Source of the DNA: Leucoraja ocellata
Taxonomy: Eukaryota
Direction: 5' to 3'
DNA length: 64,000 nt
Assembly: GCA_036785375.1 (NCBI GenBank)
Contig: JAWMAR010000076.1
Span: forward strand, 7,874,001-7,938,000
This document shows, piece by piece, positions 1 to 13,528 of the stretch. The notes under the pieces were generated by a model. That model was not told the origin of the DNA. It ran no database searches and was given only the letters and a program-made list of their open reading frames with translations. Position 1 is the stretch's first letter. Every line of letters begins with the position of its first letter. The position numbers and the translations under genes were made by a program.

Positions 1-624
1 GGCGCGGCCTTTCCCGGAGACGCGCCCGGGGCTTCAGCGGCGGGTGCAGCGTGGACTCTCGGCGTGGAGCGGGTGAGCCCTCGCTGGGGCTCGCTGGAGG
101 AGAGCGCTCCGTTTCTCTGGCCCGGGGCTGCCGGCAGCCTGAAGCAGCGGTCTGCAGAACTCCAGCTGGTGCGGCGTCTACAGCCCGGGATTCCTCGTGG
201 GGGACCCGGGGGAAGAAGAAGCCATCACTGCTGGCCCGCGGCCAACTTCTACCGCGGGGCCGGAGGGGAGCTTCGACCATCGGCCCTGCGGTCTGCGGTG
301 CTTCTGGCTGCGGCGCGGCGAGAACCTTAAATCTTCGACCGCCGGCCTGCGGCCTACACCAGCCTGAAGCCGCGGTCTCCGGTGGGGCAGAGCCGATCCT
401 GGACTTACCTTGACTTTGACTTTGTCCCTTACCATCTGGACGCCTGCAGCAACGGCTGCGGAGGTGGAGGTCCCGACCACGGGGGAAAACGGAGGAGGTC
501 TGACCACGCTCTGTGCCTTCCACCACAGTGATGAATGCTGTGGTGGATGTTTGTGTAAAATGTTTATTGTGGTTGTGTGTTCTTTATTACTGTACCGCTG
601 CTGCAACCCAATTACCACCGACCC
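1..624 (+). repeat. GC-rich interspersed repeat (unclassified)
   Basis: 1-257 is closely similar to 25344-25615; its ORFs show no recognisable domain. Confidence 0.7.
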
Positions 625-1773
625 NNNNNNNNNNNNNNNNNNNNNNNNNNNNNNNNNNNNNNNNNNNNNNNNNNNNNNNNNNNNNNNNNNNNNNNNNNNN
701 NNNNNNNNNNNNNNNNNNNNNNNNNNNNNNNNNNNNNNNNNNNNNNNNNNNNATATAAATTAGGAGAGGAAAGGGGCAAGAAAAAATATCACTGACAGTC
801 AAAATTAAGAAGAATCCCAAGGATTGAACAATTGTATTAGAGTAAGAGGGTAACCAGGGAAAGAGTAGGAGCCAAGGAAAGTGAGGGCTGTTGCAAAGAA
901 CAATGGGGACCCGGCATGGGGTGGACTGCATTGAGGGACAGTGGGCGAACAAAGTGGGAACTTTAATTTTAGGATCCTCTTCTGCGTTTGTTTGTTTTGT
1001 TTGTTTGTTCGTTCTGGTTAAGGCGCTGTGCACACGCCAGCCAACAGTTGCTTTGCTTTTTCTTTTTTTCACTTTTAATTTCAAGTATTTGTGTACCTTG
1101 TGTGTTGTGACTGTTGGCAGAACAATTTCCCTCCGGAGATGAATAAAATGTTATCGTATTGTATCATAAAACTGCTGCCAGATGCTGTGAAGTTTTGTAT
1201 CTTCTGCCCGACAGGACAGGGGACAAATAGGAATGACAGGGGAGAGAATGGTCTTTCACTATGTTGGTTGCTTTCCCGAGGCAGCGTGGAGTGTAGGGTA
1301 GAGTAATTGTCAAACTAGGCTGTGATGTAATCAACAGGATGCTTTATGCGGTCCATGTGTAGACATTTGTAAGAGCTGTTGGAAGCATGCTGAATATCCT
1401 TAGTCTTCTTTATCTGACTCTGCAACAGAATCTTACATATACTAAATGAATGTTACTAGAACTGCTAGCTTTGTTCCTGATTTACTGCTCTGTTTAACAC
1501 ACTGTGTACAGTCAACAAGCATTTACATGGAGCAGGATTTAACCTTTGGTATTCAGTGTTTGTACTTTTGAGCTGTTGCTTTTACCAAAGATATTGTTTG
1601 TAATTTCAGTGCAGAGTGAAAGAGCGAAGCTCAGGAGAAAACAAAAGAGTTTACAAATTGAGGATACATGTGCAGAACATTCATGAATATCCAAGAGCTT
1701 TCATGCTGCCAGTCATTTTAAATTATTTTTGTTGTCATCATCTGTTCTGATCTTTGGTTGTTATTACCCATAG

Positions 1774-2124
1774 GTCTAACAGCAAACACAGTCATGATCC
1801 AATCCCCAGGAGCTCTGGTGGTGCGTGAAGGTGAAACAGTGGAGATACGGTGTGTCCTGAACAGCACCAATGTGAAAGTCATTGTGAAATCATTCCACGT
1901 TCACTGGTACAACTCACGTAATGGAGGAATCAAACTTAGTCTTTTGGTCAATGGCATCACTTACAGGTCACTGGGCTTCTCCGAGCGATTTCAGCTTTCC
2001 AGGAACGTCACCAGTAACAGCTACTCACTGACCATCAGAGAGGTGAAGATTGCCGACTCTGCTGATTACATCTGTGGCCTTTGGGGGGTTTTATTTGGAG
2101 ATGGAACCAAGCTGAATGTAACCA
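1774..2124 (+). CDS. Gene A exon V1: Ig V-set domain with in-exon J-like G strand
   Basis: TAG acceptor ends 1773, GTGAGT donor at 2125; 351 nt, phase 1-1, open. Translation LTANTVMIQSPGALVVREGETVEIRC..VHWY..RF..YSLTIREVKIADSADYICGLWGVLFGDGTKLNVT has both Cys, the Trp, DxAxYxC and FGxG. Confidence 0.88.
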
Positions 2125-2214
2125 GTGAGTATTTAAATTGGTTCTATTTCCAATCCTAACATCATGAGGAATCATGATGTCATGTTGTCAGTTTTACAGA
2201 GACAAACAATGTAA

Positions 2215-2700
2215 AGATTTACTAGAATGTTGCCTGAGTTTCAGCAACTAAGTTACAGAGAAAGGTTGAACAAGTTAGGGCTTTATTCTTTGGAGCGCAG
2301 AAGGTTAAGGGGGGACTTGATAGAGGTTTTTAAAATGATGAGAGGGATAGACAGAGTTGACGTGGAAAAGCTTTTCCCACTGAGAGTAGGGAAGATTCAA
2401 ACAAGGGGACATGACATGAGAATTAAGGGACTGAAGTTTAGGGGTAACATGAGGGGGAACTTCTTTACTCAGAGAGTGGTAGCGGTGTGGAATGAGCTTC
2501 CAGTGAAGGTGGTGGAGGCAGGTTCGTTTTTATCATTTAATAATAAATTGGATAGTTATATGGATGGGAAGGGAATGGAGGGTTATGGTCTGAGCGCAGG
2601 TATATGGGACTAGGGGAGATTATGTGTTCGGCACGGACTAGAAGGGTCAAGATGGACTGTTTCCGTGCTGTAATTGTTATATGGTTATATGGTTATAACA
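2215..2700 (+). mobile_element. CR1 LINE 3' fragment
   Basis: ORF 2227-2613 (YRERLNKLGLYSLERRRLRGDLIEVFK..FFTQRVV..WN); TTATATGG tail repeats. Confidence 0.9.
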
Positions 2701-3502
2701 TCATTAGAAGTTCACACTGCAAAATAGAGAATGAAAATAGGCCAAATTTATTTTTAACTGAATAATGCAGATCATTCGTTACTGCGTTCTGAGATCAGGA
2801 TGGAGAATGTAATTTGGCATTGCCATAGAGGTACACATAGTGTGAACAGATGAATGTAAAGAAATTACAGTATAGGTAGGCTAGTTTCTTCATTTATAAT
2901 CACTTTGCTTGAGTTTACCTTATCATGTCTACCGAGGTACAGTGAAAAGCTTTTGTTGCCTGCTAACCAGTCAACAATATATGATTACAATCGAGCCATT
3001 CACAGTTTATGCACAGTCACTATTAGTTGCACCATCTGCCACACTGAGATCAATAACTCAATGGTCAGCATGGGCTCAGTAGACTGAAGGACCTGTTTCC
3101 GTGCTGCATCTCTACACTAAAGTGAACTAACATTACCACCTCAATGATCTATCTGTGCTATTTCCATACCCTCTTATTGCTCCAATATACAGAGATCTGC
3201 TTATCTCTGTGTAGAAGGCAACCAAGGACTAAATAAACGACTAAACCAAGCTAAATGAAAAATGAAATCCCCATTGTGAGGCAACACCGGAGGGAGAAAA
3301 AGAGAAAGAGAGACTGAAAGATAATCGTGAACAGTTGCAATCAGCTGCAATCATGATTTTAATATCAGATACTAACCAAGTTAGCATCACTTTTACATGA
3401 GGTTATCTAATGTCAAAGGATGAATGTATTTTAAGTTGAAACATATGAAGTATTTAGCAACTACAACATTATTGTTCATCTATTGATATTTTCCCTTTCA
3501 AG

Positions 3503-3847
3503 TTGCAAATCCTCCGATCCTGATCCAATCCCCGAGGCTGGAGCGTGTCACTGAGGGTCACACGGCACGGTTACGGTGCTCCATGGAGAACGCTGAAGTG
3601 GGAAACACTGATGTCCACTGGTACCGAGAACTACCCGGGCAGGACATGGAGTGGGTTTTAACACACGAGGCAGGAGGCAGCATACGAAGGAGACCAGGCT
3701 TCACTGAGCGGTTCCAGTCGTCCAAAGACGCCTCCAACAGCAGCTTCATCCTGACGGTCACAAACGTGACGCTCAATGACTCTGCCGTCTATTACTGCAC
3801 AGTGTGGGGAGATATCAGAGGGAATGGAACACAGGTCAACGTAACCA
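3503..3847 (+). CDS. Gene A exon V2: Ig V-set (VJ-type) domain
   Basis: ttccctttcaAG acceptor, GTGAGT donor at 3848; 345 nt, phase 1-1, open: ANPPILIQSPRLERVTEGHTARLRC..VHWYRELPGQDMEW..DSAVYYCTVWGDIRGNGTQVNVT. Confidence 0.9.
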
Positions 3848-4309
3848 GTGAGTACAAATTATAGTTGGTTTTATTAACCTATGTGTAACTATATTGGGTC
3901 TAATTCACTTCCCTTGATTAGGCACATGAGCCGGAATTACTGAAAGATTAAGGAGATAATACCGGAGCCCTGATTTTGGAGACCAAAACATTGTGGCCCC
4001 GCACTAATGGTGTGAGCACTGATATGGTAACGGATGTCAGATCTGGGTTGTGGGAAATAAATTTCAATGTGCAGTGTGTTCTTCATTGTAGAGAAAACTA
4101 GAAATAGTGTTCAGTGCTCAGTGTAATAGCAGGGCACCGCTCACAGCTGTTTGAGTTAAGGTACAGGAGAGCAGAACTACAACTTGTCATGGCTTTAGAT
4201 TAACCAATGCTGCCTCCTTATTTCAATGGTTCAATAGTTCTTTATATGTCACATATGCAACTGGGCAGTGAAATTATTTTTGCATATATTACACATGCTG
4301 GCATGGCCA

Positions 4310-5946
4310 TGTATTGTATTCAAATTTATTGTCATTGTCTCAATTTGAGACAACGAAATGAATTTCCCTTACAGGCAGTATCATAAAAAAAATCACAAAA
4401 AAATAATAAAAATAAATAATAAATAAATAATACAACATATTAAAAATAAAATTGAAATTGAATTAAAAATTTAAAAATTAAAAAAAAAGCACAAACACAG
4501 AAAGTCCACGACACAACATAACATAAATGGCACCAAGGTGAGGAAGGCACCATAGTCCAGCCAGCCTCCCCTCCATGTTCATCCGTGGTCGGGGCCTTCC
4601 GAGCACCCGCAGTCGCCGCCCCGGGTGGCCCGATGTTCAGGCCCTCACGCCGGGCTGGTGGAACGCCGACGCCGAACCCCGACGGTGAGCATCCTCCTCC
4701 TCAGCGGCCCGGACCTTCTGATCAGCCGCCTCCCGCTGCCGGAGTCCGCAGCTCCCTAGTCCGCAGGTCGAGCCGGGCAGAGTCACAGGACCCCGCGCTG
4801 TCCATCAGCGCCGCCCACGTTGGGAGCTCCGCAAACCGCAGCTCCATGATGTTGGTGCAGCAGGTCCAGCACTCCGGGCTCCAGACGGCGACCCCCGGTA
4901 AGGCATCGCCAGCCCTGCGATGTTCCAGCGCTGTCCCGCCGCTGCTGGAGCTCCGGTCGATCCCGGCAGGAAAGGCCGCGCCAATCCAGGTAGGTAGGCC
5001 GCTGTGGGGGGAGGGGGGGGAGGGGGGGGAGGGGGGGGAGCATGGACGCGACTCGAATAATAGTCGCGTCCTCACCAGGAAGCGGCCGAAGGACGGTATC
5101 CCCCGCACCGTGCCCTCTTCCCCCACATAAAAACACCAAAAAACACAAAAAAAACATACTTCAACATAACTAAATAAACAAAAAAACAAAAAGATACCGG
5201 GCTGTAGGTGGAGGCTGCTGGCACCAACTACCTTTCAGGGTCCCTACCTGGTCGGAGAGGCAGCTTTTCTCCGGGCTGCAGCTTCGACCCGTCCTCGCGG
5301 CCTACAAGCGGGCCTGGAGCGGCGTTTCCTGTCGCGGACCGCCCAGGACCAATGCTTCGGCGGCGGCACAGCGCTGGAGCGCTATCGCTGAGTGGGCGAT
5401 GCCTTGCCCGGGTTACCGCGCTGGAGCTTCAGTGAGCTGAGACCGCCAGGTAAAACATCGCGGAGCTGCGGGACTGTGGAGCGACCAGCTGCGGGCGGCG
5501 GCGCTGAACTTTACACCGGGAGCCTGGGATCTCTAGATGAGATCGCCAGTTGTGGAGCTCCAACCGGCGTGGCCTTGTTGGCTTTGGAAGCCGCAGCCTC
5601 CAGTGTGGAAGCGGCTGTTCCAGGGTTCCCAAGCCGCTGGGAGGACTCTCCCGACGCCGAAGCAACATCACCCGGCGAGAACGGCCTGGAACATCGGGCC
5701 TCCGTAGAGGCAACTGTGGAGGCCTCAATGGGCCCGACTATGGGTGAACTGGGGTTGGGGACTGGACTTTGTGCCTTCCCTCATGGTGGGAGCCATTGTG
5801 GGGGGATGTTCTTTGTGTTTAAGACTCTTATTGGTGTTATGTCTGTATTCTTTTTTTGTGTGCTGCAAAATGGCAAAAAGCATTTCACTTCACTACACCT
5901 GGGTGTATGTGAATGTGACTAATAAAATACCTTTGATACCTTTGAA
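4310..5946. repeat. Two divergently oriented GC-rich SINE-like repeats (about 4310-5225 minus, 5226-5946 plus)
   Basis: Architecture resembles the 25118 repeat (T-rich leader, GC-rich body). LINE-like 3' tail ..gtgactaataaa followed by short ATACCTTTG repeats. Confidence 0.5.
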
Positions 5947-6749
5947 TAGGGTCAACGTGGATGTATGAAATAGACATCATGGTTGAGGAATATTTTAAAG
6001 CTCACATTGTTAGATGTTTGTAACTAGCAAAGTAGGGTTGGGTTTTTCAATGAGCCATACGGAGACAGTAGCTGTAGATGAGATTGACCATTATTCATCA
6101 CAAGCAGACACATAGATGGAAGAATCTCCTGGAGGAACTAGAATTAGCAGCAGGTATTCAAGCTGAGAGGCTGTGACTAGTGATTGGTGGTGCAGGGTTT
6201 GGTGCTGGAACCCTCACTGTTCACAATCGAGGATGAGGAGATCAAGTATAATATATCCAGGTTAGTTGGTAGGTGATGCAACATGTGAGGAGGCTGCAGG
6301 AGGCACAGGCAAGTATAAAGAGCAGGACAAGCCAGATGGACTATATCTTGGAAAAATATAATCATTCACTTCTGTAAGGAAAACACACATGCAAAGTATT
6401 TTTTTGAATGTTGTTAGACTGTAATGTCAGAAGAATCTGGGTGTTCATATACACAAAATAACTTAAGATAAACATGTAGATTGAATGAGCAGTTTAGAAG
6501 GCAATCAATATATATTTTTTAAAAAGGCACAAGCCTTTTAAGAGTAACTTAAAAGGTCAGCCAGCAAGTCTAGAGAAGGTATATATCTGACATCCTCGAT
6601 AATCTTACTCTTCAATTATCCTGAGCATCCCTGGGCAGTATGTGGTGGGATTCAAATTTTAGAATCTGTTATACACTAAATGCTGGAAAAATATGATGCT
6701 TTCCATTGAGCTCCATGTATATCCACATAGTATGAAAGATACATCTTCT

Positions 6750-7573
6750 AGATGCACTGGGACGCATCCTCAATAATGTGACCTGGGGTCATCGGGTGTT
6801 TCAGGTCTCACAACATCAGGCACCCTCGCCAAGGCGTCCCAGCCAGGGTTGATCAGGTCCCAACTTGCGTCCAAGCAGCAACCGCCCACGGATCAGCCCT
6901 CTTAATCCAAAGCCACCTAGTGGCTTTCTCTGTGGCTTCGCTTGCGGATTGAATGGTCCTCTTCTTTGCCAGCCCCGTAAAGCCCAACTGGTTGAGGACT
7001 TTCAGAGTGAGCGTCCTGCAAAGCCTCTACAGCCCATCTCTATGGGATCATAGTATGTCTTCCAGCCTCTGTCCTGGCACATCTCCACCAGTTCCTGGTA
7101 CTTTGCACGTATCATCTCGTTAGCCTCTTCAATACGCTCTTCTCAGGGCACTGTCAGCTCCAGAATGATCAGCTGTTTTGTCACTTCGGAGGTGATGATC
7201 ATGTCTGGCCGGAGTGATGTTGCTGTGATGTGCTGTGGAAATTTCAGCTGTTTGCCCAGATCGACATGCAGCTGCCAGTCAGTGGCTGTGTAGAGGAGGC
7301 CCGTCCTTGTTTTTGGTTGTGGTCGAGGCTTCTCTCCAGCTTTGACAAATGTGATTGATTTCTATGGGGCGTTGTGGTGTTTGCTGTTACCAATGGCAGT
7401 GGCTATGCTCGCAGCAACCACCTTGAGCACCTGATCATGGCGCAGCCAATAGCAACCTTCCCCAAGGGACTTTGGACAGCTGATGAGGAGATGTTCTAAT
7501 GATCCTCTGCCTGAGCCCCACCGTCCTGTTCTCACACTCTTCCTCCACACCTGCTCGGACCTCTTCCTGAGCC
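6750..7573 (-). mobile_element. 5'-truncated Hero-like non-LTR retrotransposon (REL endonuclease C-terminus)
   Basis: Minus strand reads QEEVRAGVEEE..SLEHLLISCPKSLGEGCYWLRHDQVLK and LRPDMIITSEVTKQLIILELTVP (PD..E motif). Clade assignment is from recalled motifs. Confidence 0.7.
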
Positions 7574-7688
7574 ATGAACAACAGTAACATTCTGACCATC
7601 ACCAATGTCTCCATCAATGACACTGCTGTCTACAACTGCAGTGTGTGGAGTTACATCTATGGAGCAGGGTCCCAGCTCAATGTAACTG
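7574..7688 (+). pseudogene. Gene A exon V3 remnant (3' third only)
   Basis: NSNILTITNVSINDTAVYNCSVWSYIYGAGSQLNVT followed by a GTAAGT donor at 7689. It abuts a Hero-like LINE; I found no acceptor or B/C strands upstream. Confidence 0.8.
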
Positions 7689-10600
7689 GTAAGTCATTGT
7701 TTGCCTACACTGACGATAACAGCAGCTCACACTTCAACCTTCACGCAAGGTCTCACCGACACATGGAAACTCTGTGACCACTTCCAGTAAAACAGAGAGT
7801 AGGGAAGTTATCCTTGGCGTGTAAAGTGCAACAGCTAGGAAATAGAAAAGTGTGTGAAAGGACGAGTACAAGAGAACAAAAATCAAAAGTGTAAATAGTC
7901 TCCGCAAATGGTTTGTGAATGAAAAAGGATTATTCTTTGCGTTTCAGTTGTCAGAGATGGAAGATATTACCAACTAATAGCAGAAAGTCAAATAGTCATA
8001 CAGTGTGGAAACATGCTCTTCTGCCCAACTTGCCCACACCGGCCAACATGTCCCAACTACACTAGTCCCACCTGCTTGTGTTTGGCCCATATCCCTCCTG
8101 AAACAAATCAGAATAAGGAGAGAAAGAGGATAACTTGAGTTATTTTACTTTGGAGTCACGTGAGTGACTACGTGAAGAGCCCGCCAGCGCGTCATTACGT
8201 CTAACGCATGGCGCACGACTGGCTGGCAGGCACATCACTCCTCCAGCGGTAAGTTTCGAAACCTGAAGGTAAGTTTCAAACTTATTTTTCAGGTTGTGCT
8301 TATTACTTGCAGGAATCTCTTTCACAGAGTTCCTGCTGGATGACGTTCCGGGGTCTAAATCCTGTCTCGTCGGGGAAACCCGGCTACGGAGACCGCAGGG
8401 AATCGCGGCTCCGTGGGGGGTACCCGGCTCGTCAGGCCGGTTGACTTGGACGAGTCCGGCCGGGAGGGTTCACCTCCTGCTGTGGGGAACGTCTTCGGAT
8501 GTCTTTCCGGGATGGAGCATCTCATGGAAAAGATGCTCCACCATGATATACTCCAAGGAACGGAGTCATATCAGCGCGGGTCTCGGGGGTCCGCGGCAGC
8601 ACCTGGTGCAGGGCTGCATTATATCTCCCTCTCTGAGGAGGGGAGCGTAGGCAGTCAGTTTTGGGCTGACTCGTAGTTCGGTGGTATGTCTGGGGAACAT
8701 TCCACGACACGCCAGCTGCGTGAAGTAAAAAGGAGGGTTCCCCTCCATGGGTACGTCTTCGGACGTTTACCCAGGTGGAGCATGGATGCGTCCGCAGGGC
8801 GTTCATCCCACTGAGGAGATGCTCCATCCTGATATGGTCCGTGGACGGGGCCATATCAGCACATGTCTTATCGGGGACCTGCAGCAGCATCTGTTGCAGG
8901 GCTGCTTACAAATCTCCCTCTCTGTGGAGGGGAATGCGAGGGGTCAGTGTGTGACTGACTACAAACTCGGACGTATGTTTGTGAAACATACTAGAGTGCA
9001 TGCGTGAGGTTCAAGAATCCTGTTATGGCATCAAGAGTTGCGATATCCACGCAAACGGAGGAGCCGCTGCAAGGAAGAGTTGGCTTCCAGCCTAGCAGAA
9101 AATCCGGGGGGCGGGGGGGTGCAGAATTTCCCCTCACATTACAAGCTTGGTAAGCATCAGTGACCTCACGTCACATCATTACAGGAACAAAGTGCCGGCA
9201 ATGAACAGCGCTATCCGGGGAGACTATGGATGGTGAGGCCAGCAATGTCCAGCCGCCAAATCTTCTCCTTGGAGAAGACCTAGCCAAACAGGTAAAAAAC
9301 CTGGATGAGGTAGTAAAGCTGTCGGACTAGTCAAGGTACCTACGACGAGCAAAAGTCTCACCGTTTTGGCAACAACACCCCTACACCTCCATCGGCAGTA
9401 AGTGGTTCACTGAAGCTGGTGGCAGCTTGAAAGCTGATTCTCTGGGCAGATGTCTTTTAGTCCAATGCCCAAGCCAGCCCTGAGGGAAAATGTGCAATCC
9501 ACACACCCCAGCAGTCCTATCCTCCAATTCAAGGAAGGAATTAGAACCTGAGGATGGAAACAGAATCCGCACCAGGAGCCTTTGGGCTTACCATAAGACC
9601 ACCGATAACCATGGAGGTAGGTGGGTCTGGTTCTTTCCGAAACATGGGATGTGTGGATGAGTTACGAGTCGGCAATAGGTTACACTTGTTTTTGCACGAA
9701 TGTCGACGAATAACATCAGATCAGTTTATGCTGCACAGTATACAAGGATTCCAAATTGAATTTCCTTTAACTCATTGCCACCCATACAATATATACCAAA
9801 TTGGACATCTATTCATTCCAAACAAAAAGGTTTGGGTATACAAGAGATATGGATGAATTTGGATCACCCTTGATTAACTCACATTCACGTGCAGTATAGA
9901 CTTTTTAGAATGGAAAACTTCGTTACTGTCTAACAACGGATTTCCATAGGATACTTTATGGTATGCATTGATCTCAAAGATGCATACTATTCAGTTCCCA
10001 TTCACAGGATTGATCGGGGATATTTGAAATTTAGCTGGATGGGCAACGATAGCAGTTAAAGCGTTGCGAAATGGGCTAACATCAGCTCCCAGGTTGTTTA
10101 CCAAATTACCAAGCCAGTGCTTGGGCTGCTCAAAGCTCGAATATACATATTTATGGCCTATCTGGATGATATTCTAAAAACGCTGAATCTTGGTAAATTA
10201 GCTGTTTCAGCCGCAAAACTAATATTTTAGAAATTGGGGTTTCTCATCCATCCAATTAAATTTAAGTTAATATCAACTAGAGTCATAGATTGCGATTTAC
10301 CTTTAATTCTATTAATTGTCTGTGACTCCACCCTGGGGCAAGAGATTAGAATTAATGGAAGCTTGTAACAATCTTGTTGTTCATTCATCAGTGGACAGCT
10401 AGTGGCAATTTAGTGGCTGTTTTTCAGCTGCGTAATTGGGAGCTTTGCATTATCAGAACTTACATTGTACAAAGGAGCAATGACCTCAAGTACCATGTAG
10501 GTCATTGTTAACAGATCTATGCTATTACCAGCTGAAGCTATAAAGTCACAATGATGGACAAACAGTATGCAGCACTGCTCCAGTACTTTTGGTCATTTAA

Positions 10601-12249
10601 CCTTCAGTTATATTACAAACTGATACTAGTGCTCAAAGATGTGAAATTACTATCCCATCTCTAGTCACAGAGGCGGATGGGATGTGCATGAGTTACAAAT
10701 CCCTCAGTTATATGGTATCAACTACCTGAAGTCACTTGGTGCGTTCTATGAGTTAAAGGCTTATTGTGCAAATATGCATTTCTGCATGCTCAACGACAAG
10801 TTGATACACTACGGCGGTGGCATATATTAATCACATGGGTGCAATCAAGTCAATATCCTGTGATAGTTTACCTAACCTCATTTGGCGCTGGTGTATCATT
10901 CACGTAAATCAATGACAACACAGTTGGATCACAAAGTATTTAATTACATTGTGGCTTGATGGAACACCAAATATCGATTTGTTTGCAACTAGTCTCAATC
11001 ACCAGTTGCAAAAATATCTGGCATGGCGGCCATTCTCAGGGGCAGTGGCAATGAATGCATTCTCGCTACACTGGGGAGGAATGTTCTTTATGTCTTTCCT
11101 CCATTTTGCCTCATCAGTCGGTGCTTGCTTAAAATCCAGCAGAACTCTGCCTCAGGCTTTTGATGGTGCCTGCCTGGCCTACACAGCCATGGGTCCACTC
11201 ATACTGGGAATGATAACAGAGCCTTTTATGGCTGTTCCCAAACACAGAAATCTGCTGGTTTACCCCGTGACTGGGGAGAACCATCCTTTGCGTGAGCGAA
11301 TCAAATTGTTGGTTTGCAGACTATGAGAAGACCCTTCTTGGGGTACGGACTGTCAGGTTGTACGGTGGATGTAATCACAGCGGCCTGTAGAGATAGTACC
11401 AAGAAACAGTACATCTCCTATATCAAGGAATGGGAAGTGTTCTGTTTACAGTCCAATATATCGTATGACACGGTACGTATAACAGATGTCTTGGAATTCC
11501 TCTCAAAGCTATATTTCATGAGAGATGGCGTTATAGTGCTATAAATTATGCCAAAAGTGCCTTTTCGTCATACTTCCTGCTGGGGTCTGGACAACACGCT
11601 GTCGGGTCTCGACCTCTGATATCCAGATTTATGAAGGGTACCTTCAACTCAAATTCTCCCAGACCCAGGTACTCGGAGATATGGGATGTTTATGTCCTAC
11701 TGACATTGTGTCGCCGGTGGGCTCCAGCTACATCCCTGTCCTCAGTCAAAATCACTTACAAAGTGGTTATCCACATGGCGATGGGTTCAGCGCAACGGGT
11801 CCAGTCGTTACATAAGCTACGTCTGGACAGGATGGTTACATCTGCAAATAATATGATACTTTATGTTCATGACTTAGTCTTGCAGATTAGACCGGGTGTG
11901 TCAGGTCTCAAACTCGTTTCATGGCGTACCCCATGGACCTTTGGTTGTGTGTGTGGTCACACATCTACAACAGTCATTATGTCACCTAGAGCCTTAGAGG
12001 GTCCGAACTAGCAATGTTTGTTAGTTACAAAAAACCTCATACATAGGTATCAGTATAGACCATCCCCAACTGATTAAAACGGGGTTTGGCTTGTGCAGGA
12101 GTGAACACTGATGTTTTCAAATCTCACTCCACCAGGGCTGCAACATCATCAGCAGCGAGGGTTATGGATGTTTCGCTGGACCACATCCTAGCGGATGCAG
12201 GATGGTCAAACAAGCAAATTTCCAAATGTGTTATAACAAACCCATTGCC

Positions 12250-13150
12250 CTTAGAGAAGAGTGGGAACGGGAATTAATGATAAAAATTACGAAGGTTAAA
12301 TGGGAAAAATACCTGATATATATTCACAAATGTTCAATTAATGTAAGACATAATCTAATTTCAATTTAAAATTATACATAGATTATATTATTCAAAAACA
12401 AGATTGAACAAATTTTATCCAAATATATCCGCCACTTGTGACAAATGTCTAGCCCAAAAGGCAACTATAACATACTCCTTAGTTTCCTGCATAAAACTTT
12501 ATAGATTTTGGAATGATATTTTTGAAATACTTACAAAATTATTCAAGACAAGAATGGAACCTGATACTGAAATGATTATATTTGGTGTAATGGAAGATGG
12601 GAATAAATTGAACACATCTCAAAATCTATTCCTTAACTATGGTTTAATAATAGCAAAAAAATTAATACTTAAATTTTGGAAAGGTACATCAATACCAACG
12701 CTTAAAATGTGGATTGCAAGTATGTTGGACCGCTCATCTTGAGGAAATGCGATTCCTCCTAATGGATAAATCAGACCAATTCATAACGAGTTGGTCTCCA
12801 TTCGTCGTTTTTTTGGAATCATATGGTGCAACACAATTGTAAAAAATAACTGTTTCAGGACTGGACAAGGGTTGGTCAAGATTATAAATAATGATCTCCT
12901 TTTCTTTTTTATTTTATTTTTTCTCTATTTTCTCTCTCAACTTTCTTCATTTATTCGTTTTCTTTCTTCACACACTATATATTTCACATCTTTCTATCCT
13001 TTACTATCTAACTTATTTTTCTTATTCTCATCTTTTTTCAATGTAACAAAAAAAAAGTTGTACATAAAATGCATTATGAAATATATATATTAGGCACTTT
13101 GGTGCCATATGACTGTACTTACTTCTAATAAAATAAAATATTTAAAAAAA
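12250..13150 (+). mobile_element. L1-clade LINE 3' fragment inside DIRS
   Basis: Cys-rich C-terminus CDKC..LVSC..FW, AATAAA and A-tail; 15-bp TSD AACAAACCCATTGCC at 12235-12249 and 13151-13165. Confidence 0.85.
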
Positions 13151-13528
13151 AACAAACCCATTGCCAGACCAGGGTTATTTGCCAACTCTATTTTTAGGTT
13201 CTGTTTTATAATTCCTCCTGGATGAGTGAGATTACTATGATTATCATTTCATCATTAAAAACCATCAGCATGTTTAAATCTATGTTGTGGTGGTTCCTAA
13301 GGGTCGTGCCATTATACTGCCGAACCCCTCGGCACAGGAGTGGCGCAGTCCGGAGGCAGTCCTTAGCCGGAGGGTATAAAAGGCAGGGTTTGGGTGCCAT
13401 CTTTTCCTGGTTTCGTCTTCCCCTGAACCGGGAGGAATTAAAGTAAAGTGCTTCTCAAACTTCGGACTACTTGCCTCATTTTGAGACCCACGCACTACAT
13501 TGGTGACCCCCGACGCTCCATTGGCATC

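Noticed and set aside
1450-1600. Candidate leader exons for gene A (MLLELLALFLIYCSV at 1450; GFNLWYSVFVLLSCCFYQ near 1535)
   Set aside because: The first hits a stop with no phase-1 GT donor; the second lacks an in-frame ATG and a donor. The leader remains unidentified.
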